A stretch of 63,351 nucleotides of DNA, filler included, from Octopus bimaculoides (Eukaryota), in the NCBI RefSeq assembly GCF_001194135.2. It is 7 parts of 5 records of this genome, joined end to end, with 100 filler letters (N's around TTAATTAATTAA, not from the genome) between each part and the next. Parts side by side here need not be neighbours in the genome. Positions count along the whole stretch, not along the records: positions 1 to 28,445 come from NC_068981.1; positions 28,546 to 35,877 come from NC_068987.1; positions 35,978 to 53,990 come from NC_068983.1; 4 more parts are not named here. One strand, given 5' to 3'. A program made the translations under genes and the position numbers. The notes under the pieces are model-generated. The model had not been told where the DNA came from. It saw only the letters and a program-made list of their open reading frames with translations, and made no database searches. This document shows positions 28,328 through 40,797 of the stretch, piece by piece. Within the stretch, counting starts at the first letter, position 1, and every line of letters starts with the position of its first letter.

Positions 28328-28445
28328 TAGTTTTATTTTTAAAACGTGCTTTCACTTCACTACCGAGCGCAGCTCTGTGCGCCTTGGGTATGTGCTGTGG
28401 TTTGCTGTGGTGCTCTTATGTTTACTGTATTGAAAGTGTTTTGCG

Positions 28446-28545
28446 NNNNNNNNNNNNNNNNNNNNNNNNNNNNNNNNNNNNNNNNNNNNTTAATTAATTA
28501 ANNNNNNNNNNNNNNNNNNNNNNNNNNNNNNNNNNNNNNNNNNNN
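28446..28545. other. Assembly gap with artificial TTAATTAATTAA linker (also at 35922, 54035, 55432, 58471, 61263)
   Basis: Identical 44N + TTAATTAATTAA + 44N = 100-bp structure at 28446-28545. The same linker sits in N-runs five more times. The 12-mer puts a stop in all six frames. Confidence 0.95.
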
Positions 28546-28603
<58 letters not shown>

Positions 28604-28745
28604 ATATATGTATGTATGCGTCACTGTGTGTATGTATATGCATGTATATGTTATGTTATGTATAATTATGTATATATGTGTGTGTGCGTGCGTGTGTATA
28701 TATATGCATATTTTTCTTTTCTTAATTACATAGATACTTAGTTAC

Positions 28746-28813
<68 letters not shown>

Positions 28814-29265
28814 TCTCCGCTCTCACTTTGTAATTATACATTTATTATACGCTTGATCACTCACTCATTCTCTGTTCTCTTTCTCCGGCCACGTATCTCC
28901 CTTCCACGTTGCGTCTCTGTCTCTTTTAACAAGGGCTTATGTTGACGTCATAAATGACGTATTACTCTGGAAATGATACAACGATAATGATCATTACCAT
29001 ATGATAGTATTCAGAAACGTCACAGTAATATGACTAGTGTTGTCGCTGTTCTTATTCTTATTCTTATTCTCCCCCTCCTCCCCCTCCTCCTTCTTCCTCT
29101 TCGTCTTCTTGAGAAACGTGGAAAAGTAAAAGTTTGTTCACGCAAAAAAATTCTGTTCATCCTTTCAATGTCNNNNNNNNNNTGTGTGTGTGTGTGCGTG
29201 TGTGTGAGAGTGTATGCCTGTGTGTGTGCGTGCGTACGTGTGAGTCTGTGTGTATGTATATCGTG

Positions 29266-29413
29266 TTACGTGATGGCGATTTCAAAAGACGTTATGCAAA
29301 CCACTTATCTTCTTTCCGGCACATTGACAAAAGTAAAACCACTAAGTTGGGTAGCCAAGTTCGGGGTTTGAAGACCAACTCTACGCCACATACAATCAAG
29401 AAGAAAATCGTAG
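29266..29413 (+). pseudogene. Penelope-like element GIY-YIG endonuclease fragment
   Basis: DGDFKRRYANHLSSFRHIDKSKTTKLGSQVRGLKTNSTPHTIKKKIV matches the PLE pattern FK.RY.NH.SSFR....K.ST.LS..IW.LK.....Y.I.W.I. Confidence 0.7.
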
Positions 29414-29496
29414 ATTTATTATTTTTTTTCCAAGTAAAGGATAACACATTTATACATACACATATATGCATATGTTTGCACATTCTTCGCGATATA

Positions 29497-29529
<33 letters not shown>

Positions 29530-30067
29530 CTGGTGTGTGTGTGTGTGAGTACGCGTGCGTGTGTGTGTGTGNNNNNNNNNNNNNNNNNNNNNNNNNNNNN
29601 NNNNNNNNNNNNNNNNNNNNNNNNNNNNNNNNNNNNNNNNNNNNNNNNNNNNNNNNNNNNNNNNNNNNNNNNNNNNNNNNNNNNNNNNNNNNNNNNNNNN
29701 NNNNNNNNNNNNNNNNNNNNNNNNNNNNNNNNNNNNNNNNNNNNNNNNNNNNNNNNNNNNNNNNNNNNNNNNNNNNNNNNNNNNNNNNNNNNNNNNNNNN
29801 NNNNNNNNNNNNNNNNNNNNNNNNNNNNNNNTATAGATGGAAACTGAGAGAAGCTTGTCGCGTATATACTTGAGGCTTTGTGTTTTTGATATGTATGTAT
29901 GAATGCTTGTATATACTTGAATTTGATAAACATGCATTTAGCACCACTGTGTCTATAGAACTTTAGGGAGAGTTGTCTGCAGAACGGAATGAACCACAAC
30001 TCGGCTAGCTTCGCCTGTCTCTTCATGCATACAGACTTCACTATATTTATGAAAAGATAAATAAATC

Positions 30068-30124
<57 letters not shown>

Positions 30125-30478
30125 TGGGGAGAGGGTTGCAGATAAAACAGTAGGTGTGCAGCTATGTGGATACAAGTATAATTACATACGCACACCCTTT
30201 CCTACATACATACAAGCATAGATACATACAAGCATACATACATAGACACATACGTACACATACGTACATACGTGCGCACATACATATATCCATACGTACA
30301 TACGTGCATACATACATATATACAAACAAACATGCATACATACATACATACATGCATACATACATACATACATACATACATACATACATACATACATACA
30401 TACATACATACATACGTGCGTGCGTGCGTACGTACATATGTACCGAATTACGATTATTTTCTTTCCCCTTATTCAAAG

Positions 30479-30678
30479 AAGAATGACAAAGAAACGCCGA
30501 TTTGTTCCGGCAAGATGGCGCTGCTTACAACAATAGAAAAATTCCTGACATCTCAGCCAATATCAAAGATATTATTACAGTGGATGCGCCAAACTCTGGA
30601 AGTGACCTGAATGTCAATCACACTAAAGAATACAATTCCGAAAGAAGGACTCGAACGGACAGTTTTCGAAAGGAACAG
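30479..30678 (+). other. Candidate exon of an unidentified gene
   Basis: Pyrimidine-rich acceptor TTATTTTCTTTCCCCTTATTCAAAG|30479 and donor 30678|GTGAGC bracket complex, non-repetitive sequence. No single frame is open end to end. Confidence 0.25.
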
Positions 30679-30795
30679 GTGAGCCTGTTTCACTGGATTC
30701 AATATAATACAAATGGCGACAAGTAAATAATAGAGCACGCATAGTGCCACCTACTGAAAGATGATAACAAAATAGACATATTTATCGGTTCCTGT

Positions 30796-30857
<62 letters not shown>

Positions 30858-31869
30858 GGAGTGAGGGTAAAAAAGACAATTTGTTATTTATCAACGCCAT
30901 CCAAAGGAAATGGTGGAATCCGTTACGCATTATNNNNNNNNNNNNNNNNNNNNNNNNNNNNNNNNNNNNNNNNNNNNNNNNNNNNNNNNNNNNNNNNNNN
31001 NNNNNNNNNNNNNNNNNNNNNNNNNNNNNNNNNNNNNNNNNNNNNNNNNNNNNNNNNNNNNNNNNNNNNNNNNNNNNNNNNNNNNNNNNNNNNNNNNNNN
31101 NNNNNNNNNNNNNNNNNNNNNNNNNNNNNNNNNNNNNNNNNNNNNNNNNNNNNNNNNNNNNNNNNNNNNNNNNNNNNNNNNNNNNNNNNNNNNNNNNNNN
31201 NNNNNNNNNNNNNNNNNNNNNNNNNNNNNNNNNNNNNNNNNNNNNNNNNNNNNNNNNNNNNNNNNNNNNNNNNNNNNNNNNNNNNNNNNNNNNNNNNNNN
31301 NNNNNNNNNNNNNNNNNNNNNNNNNNNNNNNNNNNNNNNNNNNNNNNNNNNNNNNNNNNNNNNNNNNNNNNNNNNNNNNNNNNNNNNNNNNNNNNNNNNN
31401 NNNNNNNNNNNNNNNNNNNNNNNNNNNNNNNNNNNNNNNNNNNNNNNNNNNNNNNNNNNNNNNNNNNNNNNNNNNNNNNNNNNNNNNNNNNNNNNNNNNN
31501 NNNNNNNNNNNNNNNNNNNNNNNNNNNNNNNNNNNNNNNNNNNNNNNNNNNNNNNNNNNNNNNNNNNNNNNNNNNNNNNNNNNNNNNNNNNNNNNNNNNN
31601 NNNNNNNNNNNNNNNNNNNNNNNNNNNNNNNNNNNNNNNNNNNNNNNNNNNNNNNNNNNNNNNNNNNNNNNNNNNNNNNNNNNNNNNNNNNNNNNNNNNN
31701 NNNNNNNNNNNNNNNNNNNNNNNNNNNNNNNNNNNNNNNNNNNNNNNNNNNNNNNNNNNNNNNNNNNNNNNNNNNNNNNNNNNNNNNNNNNNNNNNNNNN
31801 NNNNNNNNNNNNNNNNNNNNNNNNNNNNNNNNNNNNNNNNNNNNNNNNNNNNNNNTGAATTTATTATTA

Positions 31870-31927
<58 letters not shown>

Positions 31928-31930
31928 CAT

Positions 31931-31975
<45 letters not shown>

Positions 31976-32085
31976 GGATCGATTCTTGAAGAGTCTACAT
32001 ACCTTCACTGTCGTTTTTTTCTGCTATTTTGGTGATGATTTTTTGAGTTAGCTTACTAATTATTTTTGTTGGTAGTTAATTTATA

Positions 32086-32132
<47 letters not shown>

Positions 32133-32134
32133 GA

Positions 32135-32600
32135 TAAAATGGCGCACGCCATCAAAGTGACGCAGGGGTTCAAAAATACGAAACCCCATATACTCATCAT
32201 GACTGATAAGGATACACAAGAGACATGAACCCTATGTGCATGACATAGTAATCTCATATCATGATAAACAGCGCATGACCTTGCAGGTGTGGTCTAGTTA
32301 GAGTATTCTGCAGGTCGAATAGCCAACTCTGTTCAAAAGGTCCCTGAATAAAGGTTGTTTAGGTATAATGAATGAAACACCCATGTTTCCAGGGGTGAAT
32401 TATTCAAATCTCAAAGAATCCCTCTCAACACACTGTTGTAATGCTACCCATGCTACTCCTGCTATTGATCGGGGTTGCACATACCGTCAGCTACTAAGGG
32501 ACATGCTCAACTGGTGAATGTCAAGCAACTGACTAGCAAATTTATGGTATTGAGCAAAATATTCGCTGTAGCCTATCTTTTACACCAAGACAAAACATGT
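32135..32600 (+). mobile_element. Interspersed repeat family D
   Basis: Aligns with 26200-26640. Preceded by (TAA)n. Confidence 0.75.
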
Positions 32601-32662
32601 AGATGTTAACACTTCCAATCAGAAGCAATGGGAGTCACTGCCTGGTATTATTATTGGTCCGT

Positions 32663-32804
32663 CCTTACATTCAGTATTCAAATTTCGCCGAGGTCGATTT
32701 TACCTTTCATCCTCTCGGGGGTCGATAAAATAAGTAATAATAGAGCACTGGGGTTGATGTAATTGACTATCCGCCTCTTCAAAAAATTCCAGGAATTGTG
32801 CCTA

Positions 32805-32810
<6 letters not shown>
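32663..32810 (+). mobile_element. Partial SINE (family A) ending in (TAG)n
   Basis: TTCAAATTTCGCCGAGGTCGATTTTACCTTTCATCCTCTCGGGGGTCGATAAA aligns with 32955-33163. Confidence 0.8.
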
Positions 32811-32863
<53 letters not shown>

Positions 32864-32954
32864 CCCCAATATTCAAGATAGCCAGTCTCTTTGAAACATC
32901 ATTTTAAATTTATTTTAAGATTTTGATTTTGTTAACAATAATTTTTAATATAAA

Positions 32955-33163
32955 GGCTGCGAGTTGGCAGAATCGTTAGCCCGTCGGGCGAAATGCTTAG
33001 CGGTATTTCGTCTGTCTTTACTTTTTGAGTTCAAATTCCGCCGAGGTCGACTTTGCCTTTCATCCTTTCGGGGTCGATAAATTAAGTACCTGTTGCGTAC
33101 TAGGGTCATTCTAATTGACTGGCCCCCTCCCCAAAAATTTCAGGCCTAGAGTAGAAAAGAATA
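32955..33163 (+). mobile_element. tRNA-derived SINE (family A), full length
   Basis: A-box-like GAGTTGGCAGAATCGTTAG and B-box-like GAGTTCAAATTCC, then core GTCGACTTTGCCTTTCATCCTTTCGGGGTCGATAAATTAAGTACC. At least five further copies in the window. Confidence 0.85.
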
Positions 33164-33651
33164 ATTTTTAATATGGCTTCCTCTACTAGGCGACCCGAAT
33201 GAACTAAAAGCAAGAAATATAGTAGCACTGACCATAACTCCCTTTTAACAACACAGTCGTCTAATGTTCAAATACACGAAAACAAGTTCAAAAAAGATAA
33301 ATAGAATTCAGAGAAAGGTAAACATGAAAAATGACAATAAAGCAAAAGGGTAGACCCTCAAATTGAGACACAATTTAAATGAAAAAATGCGGATTCGCAT
33401 GACTAATACAAAAGTAACGTCAGTGAATGCACATTTACACACGGACGGAAGGCGGCGATTGTGACGTCACTAGTGCAAAGCTGTATCGGCCTTTTCCTTG
33501 GATAACATCGGTAGTTTGGAGAGGGGAGGCTGGTATGCATGGGCGATTGCTGGTCTTCCATAAACAACCTTGTCCCGGACTTGTGCCTTGGAGGGTAACT
33601 TTCTAGGTGCAATCCCATGGTCATTCATGACCAAAGGGAGTTTGTACCCAA

Positions 33652-33718
<67 letters not shown>

Positions 33719-33736
33719 CTATGTAGTATATAATTA

Positions 33737-34050
33737 TATATCTATATACATGAACGCGCGTGACTCAGTGGTTAGAGTATTGCACTCACGATTGCGAGAT
33801 CGTGGGTTCGATTCCCAGACCTTGTGTTGCGTTAGTTTCTTGAGCAAAACGCTTCATTTCACATTGCTCTGCAATCATTTCGTCATCTGACATGTGGCAC
33901 CCGTTGCACCTGTACAGGTAATATCGATTTGATGGAAGGAGTTAGCATATATGTACACAAACATTTGACCACTATAAACAAAGCATCTGTGTAGTTATTC
34001 AGTAAGAAATTTCCGAACCCTCATACGAAGTCTAACGACGGGAGAGTCCA
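33737..34050 (+). mobile_element. tRNA-derived SINE (family E)
   Basis: A box TGACTCAGTGGTTAGAG and B box GGTTCGATTCC. The body aligns with the reverse complement of 44895-45170. Confidence 0.75.
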
Positions 34051-34306
34051 TGATATCATGTGGGTGTGTGTGTGTGTGTATCTACTACATCAAATATATT
34101 TTTGGAATACTTCCAAAACATATGTACACCACAGCACATGCATTCTGAACGAGATACATATATGTGATATGAAATATGAGATATGTACGTAGCGTATGAC
34201 TGTCATAAAACGCATATGCCATAACTAAAGTATGTTTTGGTATCGCCTGCATGTCATACCTATATGCAATAACATTCACACACATATACAAACACACATA
34301 TGCGCA

Positions 34307-34348
<42 letters not shown>

Positions 34349-34959
34349 TGTTTGTGCTACCATATACATACATGTGTATGCATATGTGTATATGTGTGTG
34401 GGCGAGTATGAGATGTGTTTATGTGAATATATGTGCGCGCGCGCGTGTGTGTGTTTAAAGAAGACAAAGAATATCTNNNNNNNNNNNNNNNNNNNNNNNN
34501 NNNNNNNNNNNNNNNNNNNNNNNNNNNNNNNNNNNNNNNNNNNNNNNNNNNNNNNNNNNNNNNNNNNNNNNNNNNNNNNNNNNNNNNNNNNNNNNNNNNN
34601 NNNNNNNNNNNNNNNNNNNNNNNNNNNNNNNNNNNNNNNNNNNNNNNNNNNNNNNNNNNNNNNNNNNNNNNNNNNNNNNNNNNNNNNNNNNNNNNNNNNN
34701 NNNNNNNNNNNNNNNNNNNNNNNNNNNNNNNNNNNNNNNNNNNNNNNNNNNNNNNNNNNNNNNNNNNNNNNNNNNNNNNNNNNNNNNNNNNNNNNNNNNN
34801 NNNNNNNNNNNNNNNNNNNNNNNNNNNNNNNNNNNNNNNNNNNNNNNNNNNNNNNNNNNNNNNNNNNNNNNNNNNNNNNNNNNNNNNNNNNNNNNNNNNN
34901 NNNNNNNNNNNNNNNNNNNNNNNNNNNNNNNNNNNNNNNNNNNNNNNNNNNNNNNNNNN

Positions 34960-35330
34960 TGTAGGGTAGAGGTGACAGAGTTTGCAGTGGTGGTAGTGGT
35001 GATGGTGGTGGCGGTGGTTGCTGTATATTATGATGGTAGTGGTGATGGTGGTGGTTGTAGTAGAGTGATGATGGTCGAGGTTTAGTGGTAGTGCTTGTGG
35101 TACTGGTGGTCGTGTTCATGGTGGTGGTGATGGTGGCTGATGGTAGTAGTAGTGGTAGTAATGTTGATAGAATTATTGTTGTTTTGGTGGTGATGAGAGT
35201 GGTGGATGTCATGTTGATTGTGGTAGTCATAGTAGTGATAGTCGTGGTAATTGTTGTAGTATTAAATGTAGCCGTAGTGGTGTCGGTGGTGGTATCGGTG
35301 GTGGTGGAAAGGAGGATGCGTGGTTTATGG
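34960..35330. repeat. Degenerate (GGT/AGT)n trinucleotide low-complexity tract
   Basis: Visible triplet periodicity. Similar tracts at 57880-58426 and 58870-59195. Confidence 0.8.
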
Positions 35331-35545
35331 CGGAACAGAACGGTGGACATAATAGCTCGGAGGTATAAAAAGATGGCGGCAACAGATATTTTCACAATGT
35401 AACACATACACAAACAGTCAGCGTACACACACACACACACACACAAGACACAAACACGCACGCACTTACAAGCATGCACGCACACACATGCACACGCACG
35501 CGCGCGCACACACAAGCACAGACACACACAAAAACCATATACATG

Positions 35546-35577
<32 letters not shown>

Positions 35578-35987
35578 AACACACACACACAAACACACAC
35601 ACACACACAACGACAATACTGCTTGATTTGATGGAATCGCAGATTCATGGATTTGATAAGCAGATAGCGTGGAGCCTATCCTACTGTATACTTCAACGTT
35701 TTTCTTTAGAAGCAGACATATTCATACACATACACTTACATATGCACTTTCGAATACACACACACACACACACACACACATGTATAGATGTATGGGGGAA
35801 TGTGTATACATTATGTGTGTATCGGTGTTTAAGTGGTGGGGACTCATGTATGTATACCTATATAAATACAAAAATATNNNNNNNNNNNNNNNNNNNNNNN
35901 NNNNNNNNNNNNNNNNNNNNNTTAATTAATTAANNNNNNNNNNNNNNNNNNNNNNNNNNNNNNNNNNNNNNNNNNNNGTATATACCT

Positions 35988-35989
35988 AT

Positions 35990-36034
<45 letters not shown>

Positions 36035-36063
36035 TGCCTGTCTGTCTGTCTGTCTGTCTGTCC

Positions 36064-36125
<62 letters not shown>
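35988..36125. repeat. Compound tetranucleotide microsatellite (CCTG)n(TCTG)n(TCTA)n
   Basis: Direct reading. One example among dozens of (CA)n, (TA)n, (GA)n, (TACA)n, (TAGA)n, (TAA)n, (TAC)n and (GAT)n tracts in the window. Confidence 0.95.
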
Positions 36126-36126
<1 letters not shown>

Positions 36127-36573
36127 AGTGGATCACAGGGTGAGGTAGCGGTCCTGTGTGTTGGTCTCCTGGTGCCATGAGAAAAGTCATTCAATGACTT
36201 TATCAAAGAGTTTAATGACATCTACTTAACTGCGCATAAAACTATATTATAATAATGTTGATTGAGCGAAATAACTATCAAGAATTATTCGTCTATTGTT
36301 CGTTAGCTGTACTGATAATGTACTTAATGATGGAAAAAAGTATTTGCATATATACAATATAGAATATTTGATTTTTAGTTGGATTTTTGTTCTTTTCTTT
36401 TTTGATTAACTAGTTTCCCATTGTAACTTGTCGATGTAGATTTTCATGCTGATCTGCAGATATTTTTCCAATCCAGTACTTCTTATTGCTGTTGAATGTG
36501 GATACTGGGGGTGGTAGAATTTTAGTTGGTTGATCTATGTTGACAATGTTGAATCTCCTAGCGAGTGTTTTTA

Positions 36574-37980
36574 TCACCCTTGGGAGTCTACGTCGGCTAC
36601 TGCTTTTGAATTTCGTAGGAGCGTATTGTAATCATTGATAAGTGGTGATCTTCTCAAAGCGTTGAAATGTAGTTCCAATATCAGAGGAATTATGAGTAAC
36701 AGATCTTTTCTAATTGTACCACAGTGTGCCTTGTAAAAACTGACGTTGTCAAACAGCTGCACTGGAGCGGGGGGGGGGATTAACCGGTTTGGCCTTGGCA
36801 TGCTGAAACTAAGGTCGAAAAATACAATGTCATGGTCAGAGTGAAGAGTGTTTTCCATTGAAATGTTATGGATGGAGCTAAAGCGGTTTGTTAATGTCAG
36901 GTCTAAGATAGTTTTGTTTTGTCTTGTTGACTCAAGCAAAATTTGGGTCAGGAAAATTTCATCCATTGAATTAAATAGTAATTCTGCTCCAGTTAACACA
37001 AAAAAAGGTTAAATAAGCTGCCGGTGTTATACTTTTGGCGAAAGGATTTGATTTTGTTGCAGTTCTCTTCAAAGCACTGTTGCGGAACTTGAGGAGGCCT
37101 GTGATAACTGACAGTGATTACGTCATTAACTTTGTTGAATATTGATATGGATCCACAATAGCCATTGGAAAATATGTTCTTGGCATCCATGGCAAACAAA
37201 TCATGGAGAAAATGGCTGTTATCCCTGTATCTCGGCCAGTGCAATCTGCACGGATGATGGTGAAACGGTTTTCTATTCAGCTCGGTATCTATGTGAGATG
37301 TTTAGAATAGTTTTCGTTAGGATGAAGAAAGAGATACAGTGTGTCATTTCAGCAAGCCAACTCTCTATATATCGAATCTTCCATTTTCGAGCATTTAATG
37401 ATGGGTTAATGCAACGTACACTTAACAGGATTGTCGAAGCGGACGTTGGTTGATGTTTGTATTGTTCTAAATGCATTTTTTTATTTGTCTTGTTTTTCAG
37501 TGGCAACATTGAGAATAATTTCTGTACGGAGCTGTATCTCAGGTGTGATTCCCAGTTTGATGGTTGGTGTGTATTGTGTCCTAGAGTTGTGGATATACGG
37601 TTGATGAAAGTCCGTTGAATCTCCAGGCTTAGTTCGGCTTTCATATTCTTCAGATATATCACTAAAATGGATTTCGTTTTTTGTTAGCCTTTTTTTCAGG
37701 TGATAAGTTCTGCTTGTTTATTTTATTTCCTGTTAAAGTTATCCCATAGTTTCTTTTGATGAAAGAACACCTGTTGCTTTTTGGCCATCCATATAAGAGT
37801 CAGGTTCATGGGCTCCATATTTGGAACAGTATTTTCGGTGAAGGTGGGGTAGTCTTTACCCGTTGTACCGTATGGCCAAGAACCTTTCATACATAAGTCT
37901 ATAATATAAGAGAAGGATGGGAAAGGGGCAGTGTCTCTTGTTACTGCCGATATCATTCTCAATGTATTTAAAAATAACAC
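36574..37980 (-). pseudogene. CR1-like LINE 5' part: remnant ORF1 zinc finger plus AP-endonuclease (EEP) domain of ORF2
   Basis: ILLSVRCINPSLNARKWKI...ISFFILTKT (EN start), VSYHRPP (YRPP motif) and ILDLTLTN...LHSDHDIVFFDL (LDL..TN/SDH) occur in the correct order across frameshifted ORFs. Confidence 0.75.
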
Positions 37981-38299
37981 AAGAATGATACCGGTAGGAT
38001 TTTTGAAGTGGAATAGGATTTTCCACTGGTTGGGTGGAAAGTAACAGGTATTACAAATTACTTATAGAATTTTTAGTATCTTCCTGACACCCAGGGCAGA
38101 TATACATACTGTATACATTGGTAAGCCATTAAAATAAACACACCAGTTTGTTCATTTACAAAGTCCAGCGATAGAGAAGAAATTGGGAGACAGAGAAAAA
38201 GGAAAAAAACATGGAAAATAAAAAAGTAAAGAAATAAAACGGAGAAAAAGAACGAAAACTCACAGGTTCTTACGTCTTTCCTGGTTTTTAACGAGCTTT

Positions 38300-38810
38300 A
38301 GCATCCAGTCTTTAGATGTTTCAAGATATTTTGTCAGTCTAATTGTGGTGGTTTTCTAGACCTCTTGCAAGTCACCAGCTTACGGATTTTTCTGTCAATC
38401 TTCCTTTTTTCGCTCATATTCCAGTTTAACACATTGAAACTGTAAATAACAACCAGAACTGCTAAGGAATTGATATCTAACACCTTGTTACGTGCATTTA
38501 ACTCGGATTTTGAGATTGCTCGAACTTTCCTGTTACATTCCTTCCTTATCTTCTCTTTCATACTTGCATGCTGAATGCCAGATCCCCCATTTATTTCGAG
38601 GTATTTGTAAATTTATTCCTGTTAGAGTTCTTTTATGTCTATGTGAACATCCATCACCAGTGAATGAGAGGTGTTCAATTTCCCTTTCCGGAAAGTGGCC
38701 TTGGTACATCTATTAAGACCAAATGCCATCCCGATGACATCACTGAATGCTTTCCCAGTACGTAGCAGTCCTTCAAGCTCGTCTTTGCTGTAGATATGTA
38801 AGTTTCTTAA
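38300..38810 (-). pseudogene. R4/Dong-like RT C-terminal/thumb fragment
   Basis: KAFSDVIGMAFGLNRCTKATFRKGKL...YKYLE and MKEKIRKECNRKVRAISKSELNARNKVLDINSLAVLVVIYSFNVLNW...IDRKIRKL are typical of R4-clade RT. Confidence 0.8.
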
Positions 38811-38999
38811 CTTATTTTGAAAGAAATTTAAATACAGGAAATTGTAGATATTCCAGTCTTTGAGAGTTATTCTTCAGTTGTCCTGCTGAGTTGTATTAGT
38901 GTATCAGTGTCTCCAGCTGCTGACTGGTCAGAGCAGCGAAGAACACGTCCAGCCGCTGTCAAGGTTGGCGCTCGATTGGTGTTGCTGTTGTTGTTGTTG

Positions 39000-39122
<123 letters not shown>

Positions 39123-39329
39123 ATACTCGCAGCAGCAGTGGTGGTGATGGTGATGGTGGTAGTACTAGTATTTGTTTCATGAGATTGTCATTGAGCTCCG
39201 ATTAATTTTTTTTCCAAGCGAACTGCGTACTCTGATCTACGTAGAAGAGCATTTTGCACCATTTTGCTCTTACTTTTGCTGTTACTTTCTAATCTTGAGA
39301 TCTCTTCTTATGATACAGAATTGAAACTT

Positions 39330-40400
39330 GTAAGCATATTTCGTGCACTGCACCTGCTCCCTAATTCAGGTTAAGTTATTCAAAATTCTCACGTAATTTT
39401 CAAGATCCCAATAATAATGGGATGTAGCATGATTTTGTTAACTGTTTTTCTTTCAGCAACTGTGGATTTGCATATTTAAAGACGGTGTAATCTTCCATAT
39501 TTTATTTTCCCATTCGTAATAAACTAGTGTCTAATCGACGTGTCACATCGATGACTAATAGTTTCGTCTTCTTATTTATGATTACAATGTCCAGCCTGTT
39601 GTGCGCTATTCTCTTGGTTTGTATAGGAAATTCTAATTGAGACCTCATTTCATAGATTTCCTTTTTGCATCGCAAAATTATTATAGCACATTTGTGTACC
39701 TGCAAAATAAATTTGTTGGAGCAATCTCAACTCAATTATTGTCATGTCTACCATTTTGTATTCATTCCGAACTAACTGTGGCCATTCTGACAGTGTGTGA
39801 AATATGGTTTCGTCTGAATCATCGCACATCGTATATTTCAGTGAGCAGTCGTGCTGGCCAGTTTCTGTTCGTCCAATTTGCTCTGTTCCTGTCCAGCCAA
39901 TTTCATTTCCTCTATCCATTCGCCAATACTTATTTCCTTGTGTATAGGCAACTGCACTCGCTTCTCCACATCTCTTTTGTGTCATCATCATCATCATTTT
40001 CGTCGTCGTGGTCATCATACTTTTTGCATTCTAATTCAGTTAGAAAGATATGATTTATGAGGTCTGATAGGAAGAGTTTCCTCGAAACTCAACGCGTCTT
40101 GGGTTCCTTGCTGAATACAGGATGGCACACAAGCAATACGTATCTCAATTCCTGTATCATTCGACCACTTAGCTGAGAGCCTGGTCTTATGTCGCATGCA
40201 AATATTTTTCACCTTGTGCTCCAGTCTTTTCATCTCTCTGACAAAGTCTTCATATTCTCACTATTCTTGATATCAGCACTACAATCATATGCATTTGAAA
40301 CATCGAGTATCTTACACTGTTTGTCCTTTCTGTACTCCACGAACATATCCAGTGTCTCTGCTTCAATCTTATGATCATTCTCTATTCAGTAAAACCACAA
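39330..40400 (-). pseudogene. R4/Dong-like C-terminal fragment: degenerate CCHC finger plus restriction-like endonuclease
   Basis: TMCDDSDETIFHTLSEWPQLVRNEYK..RHD (C..C...ET..H..S.C..L....Y..RHD), FPIQTKRIAHNRLDIVIINKKTKLLVIDV (PD..D of the RLE domain) and PIIIGIL. Confidence 0.7.
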
Positions 40401-40760
40401 AGTCCTGTAATCATCGTTAACAGTAAGTGCCCCTCACTTCTGTTCAAACCAATTTTCCATTACTTATGACACAAAAAACTTGATAAAATCCTATTTGCAC
40501 CTTTCACCGATACAGTCATACATTTCACCCTCACTTTCCACGATTTCCTGACATTTTCCACTAATTCTACGTTTTCTATCTGGCAGATTTATCATTCATT
40601 GTCTGTATGAAAATTGCTCTCGAGACATGCACATGGGTGTTTATAGTTTGCGATAGAGTTTCTCCTTTTAGTTTGCATTCTCAGCTTCAGCTTTCAATGC
40701 TTCTAATACTCATAGATTCTCCTAATAATTTAAAGCTTGTATGTATGTATATACACACAC

Positions 40761-40797
<37 letters not shown>

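Noticed and set aside
28943-28950. TGACGTCA CRE palindrome (another at ~33461)
   Set aside because: An 8-mer is expected by chance, and there is no promoter evidence.
30560-30600. SKILLQWMRQTL resembling the dystrophin/utrophin CH2 motif EKILLSWVRQST
   Set aside because: Similarity is limited to ~12 residues and is followed by a stop. The downstream CH motif is absent.
30795-32051. Long ORFs in the supplied track (418, 361, 341 aa and similar)
   Set aside because: They consist of N-runs and microsatellite translations (poly-M, poly-I, HT, CV, YI), not real proteins.
33737-33822. Functional tRNA gene
   Set aside because: A and B boxes are present but there is no proper acceptor stem or poly-T terminator, and it continues into a repeat body found twice in the window, so it is a SINE head.
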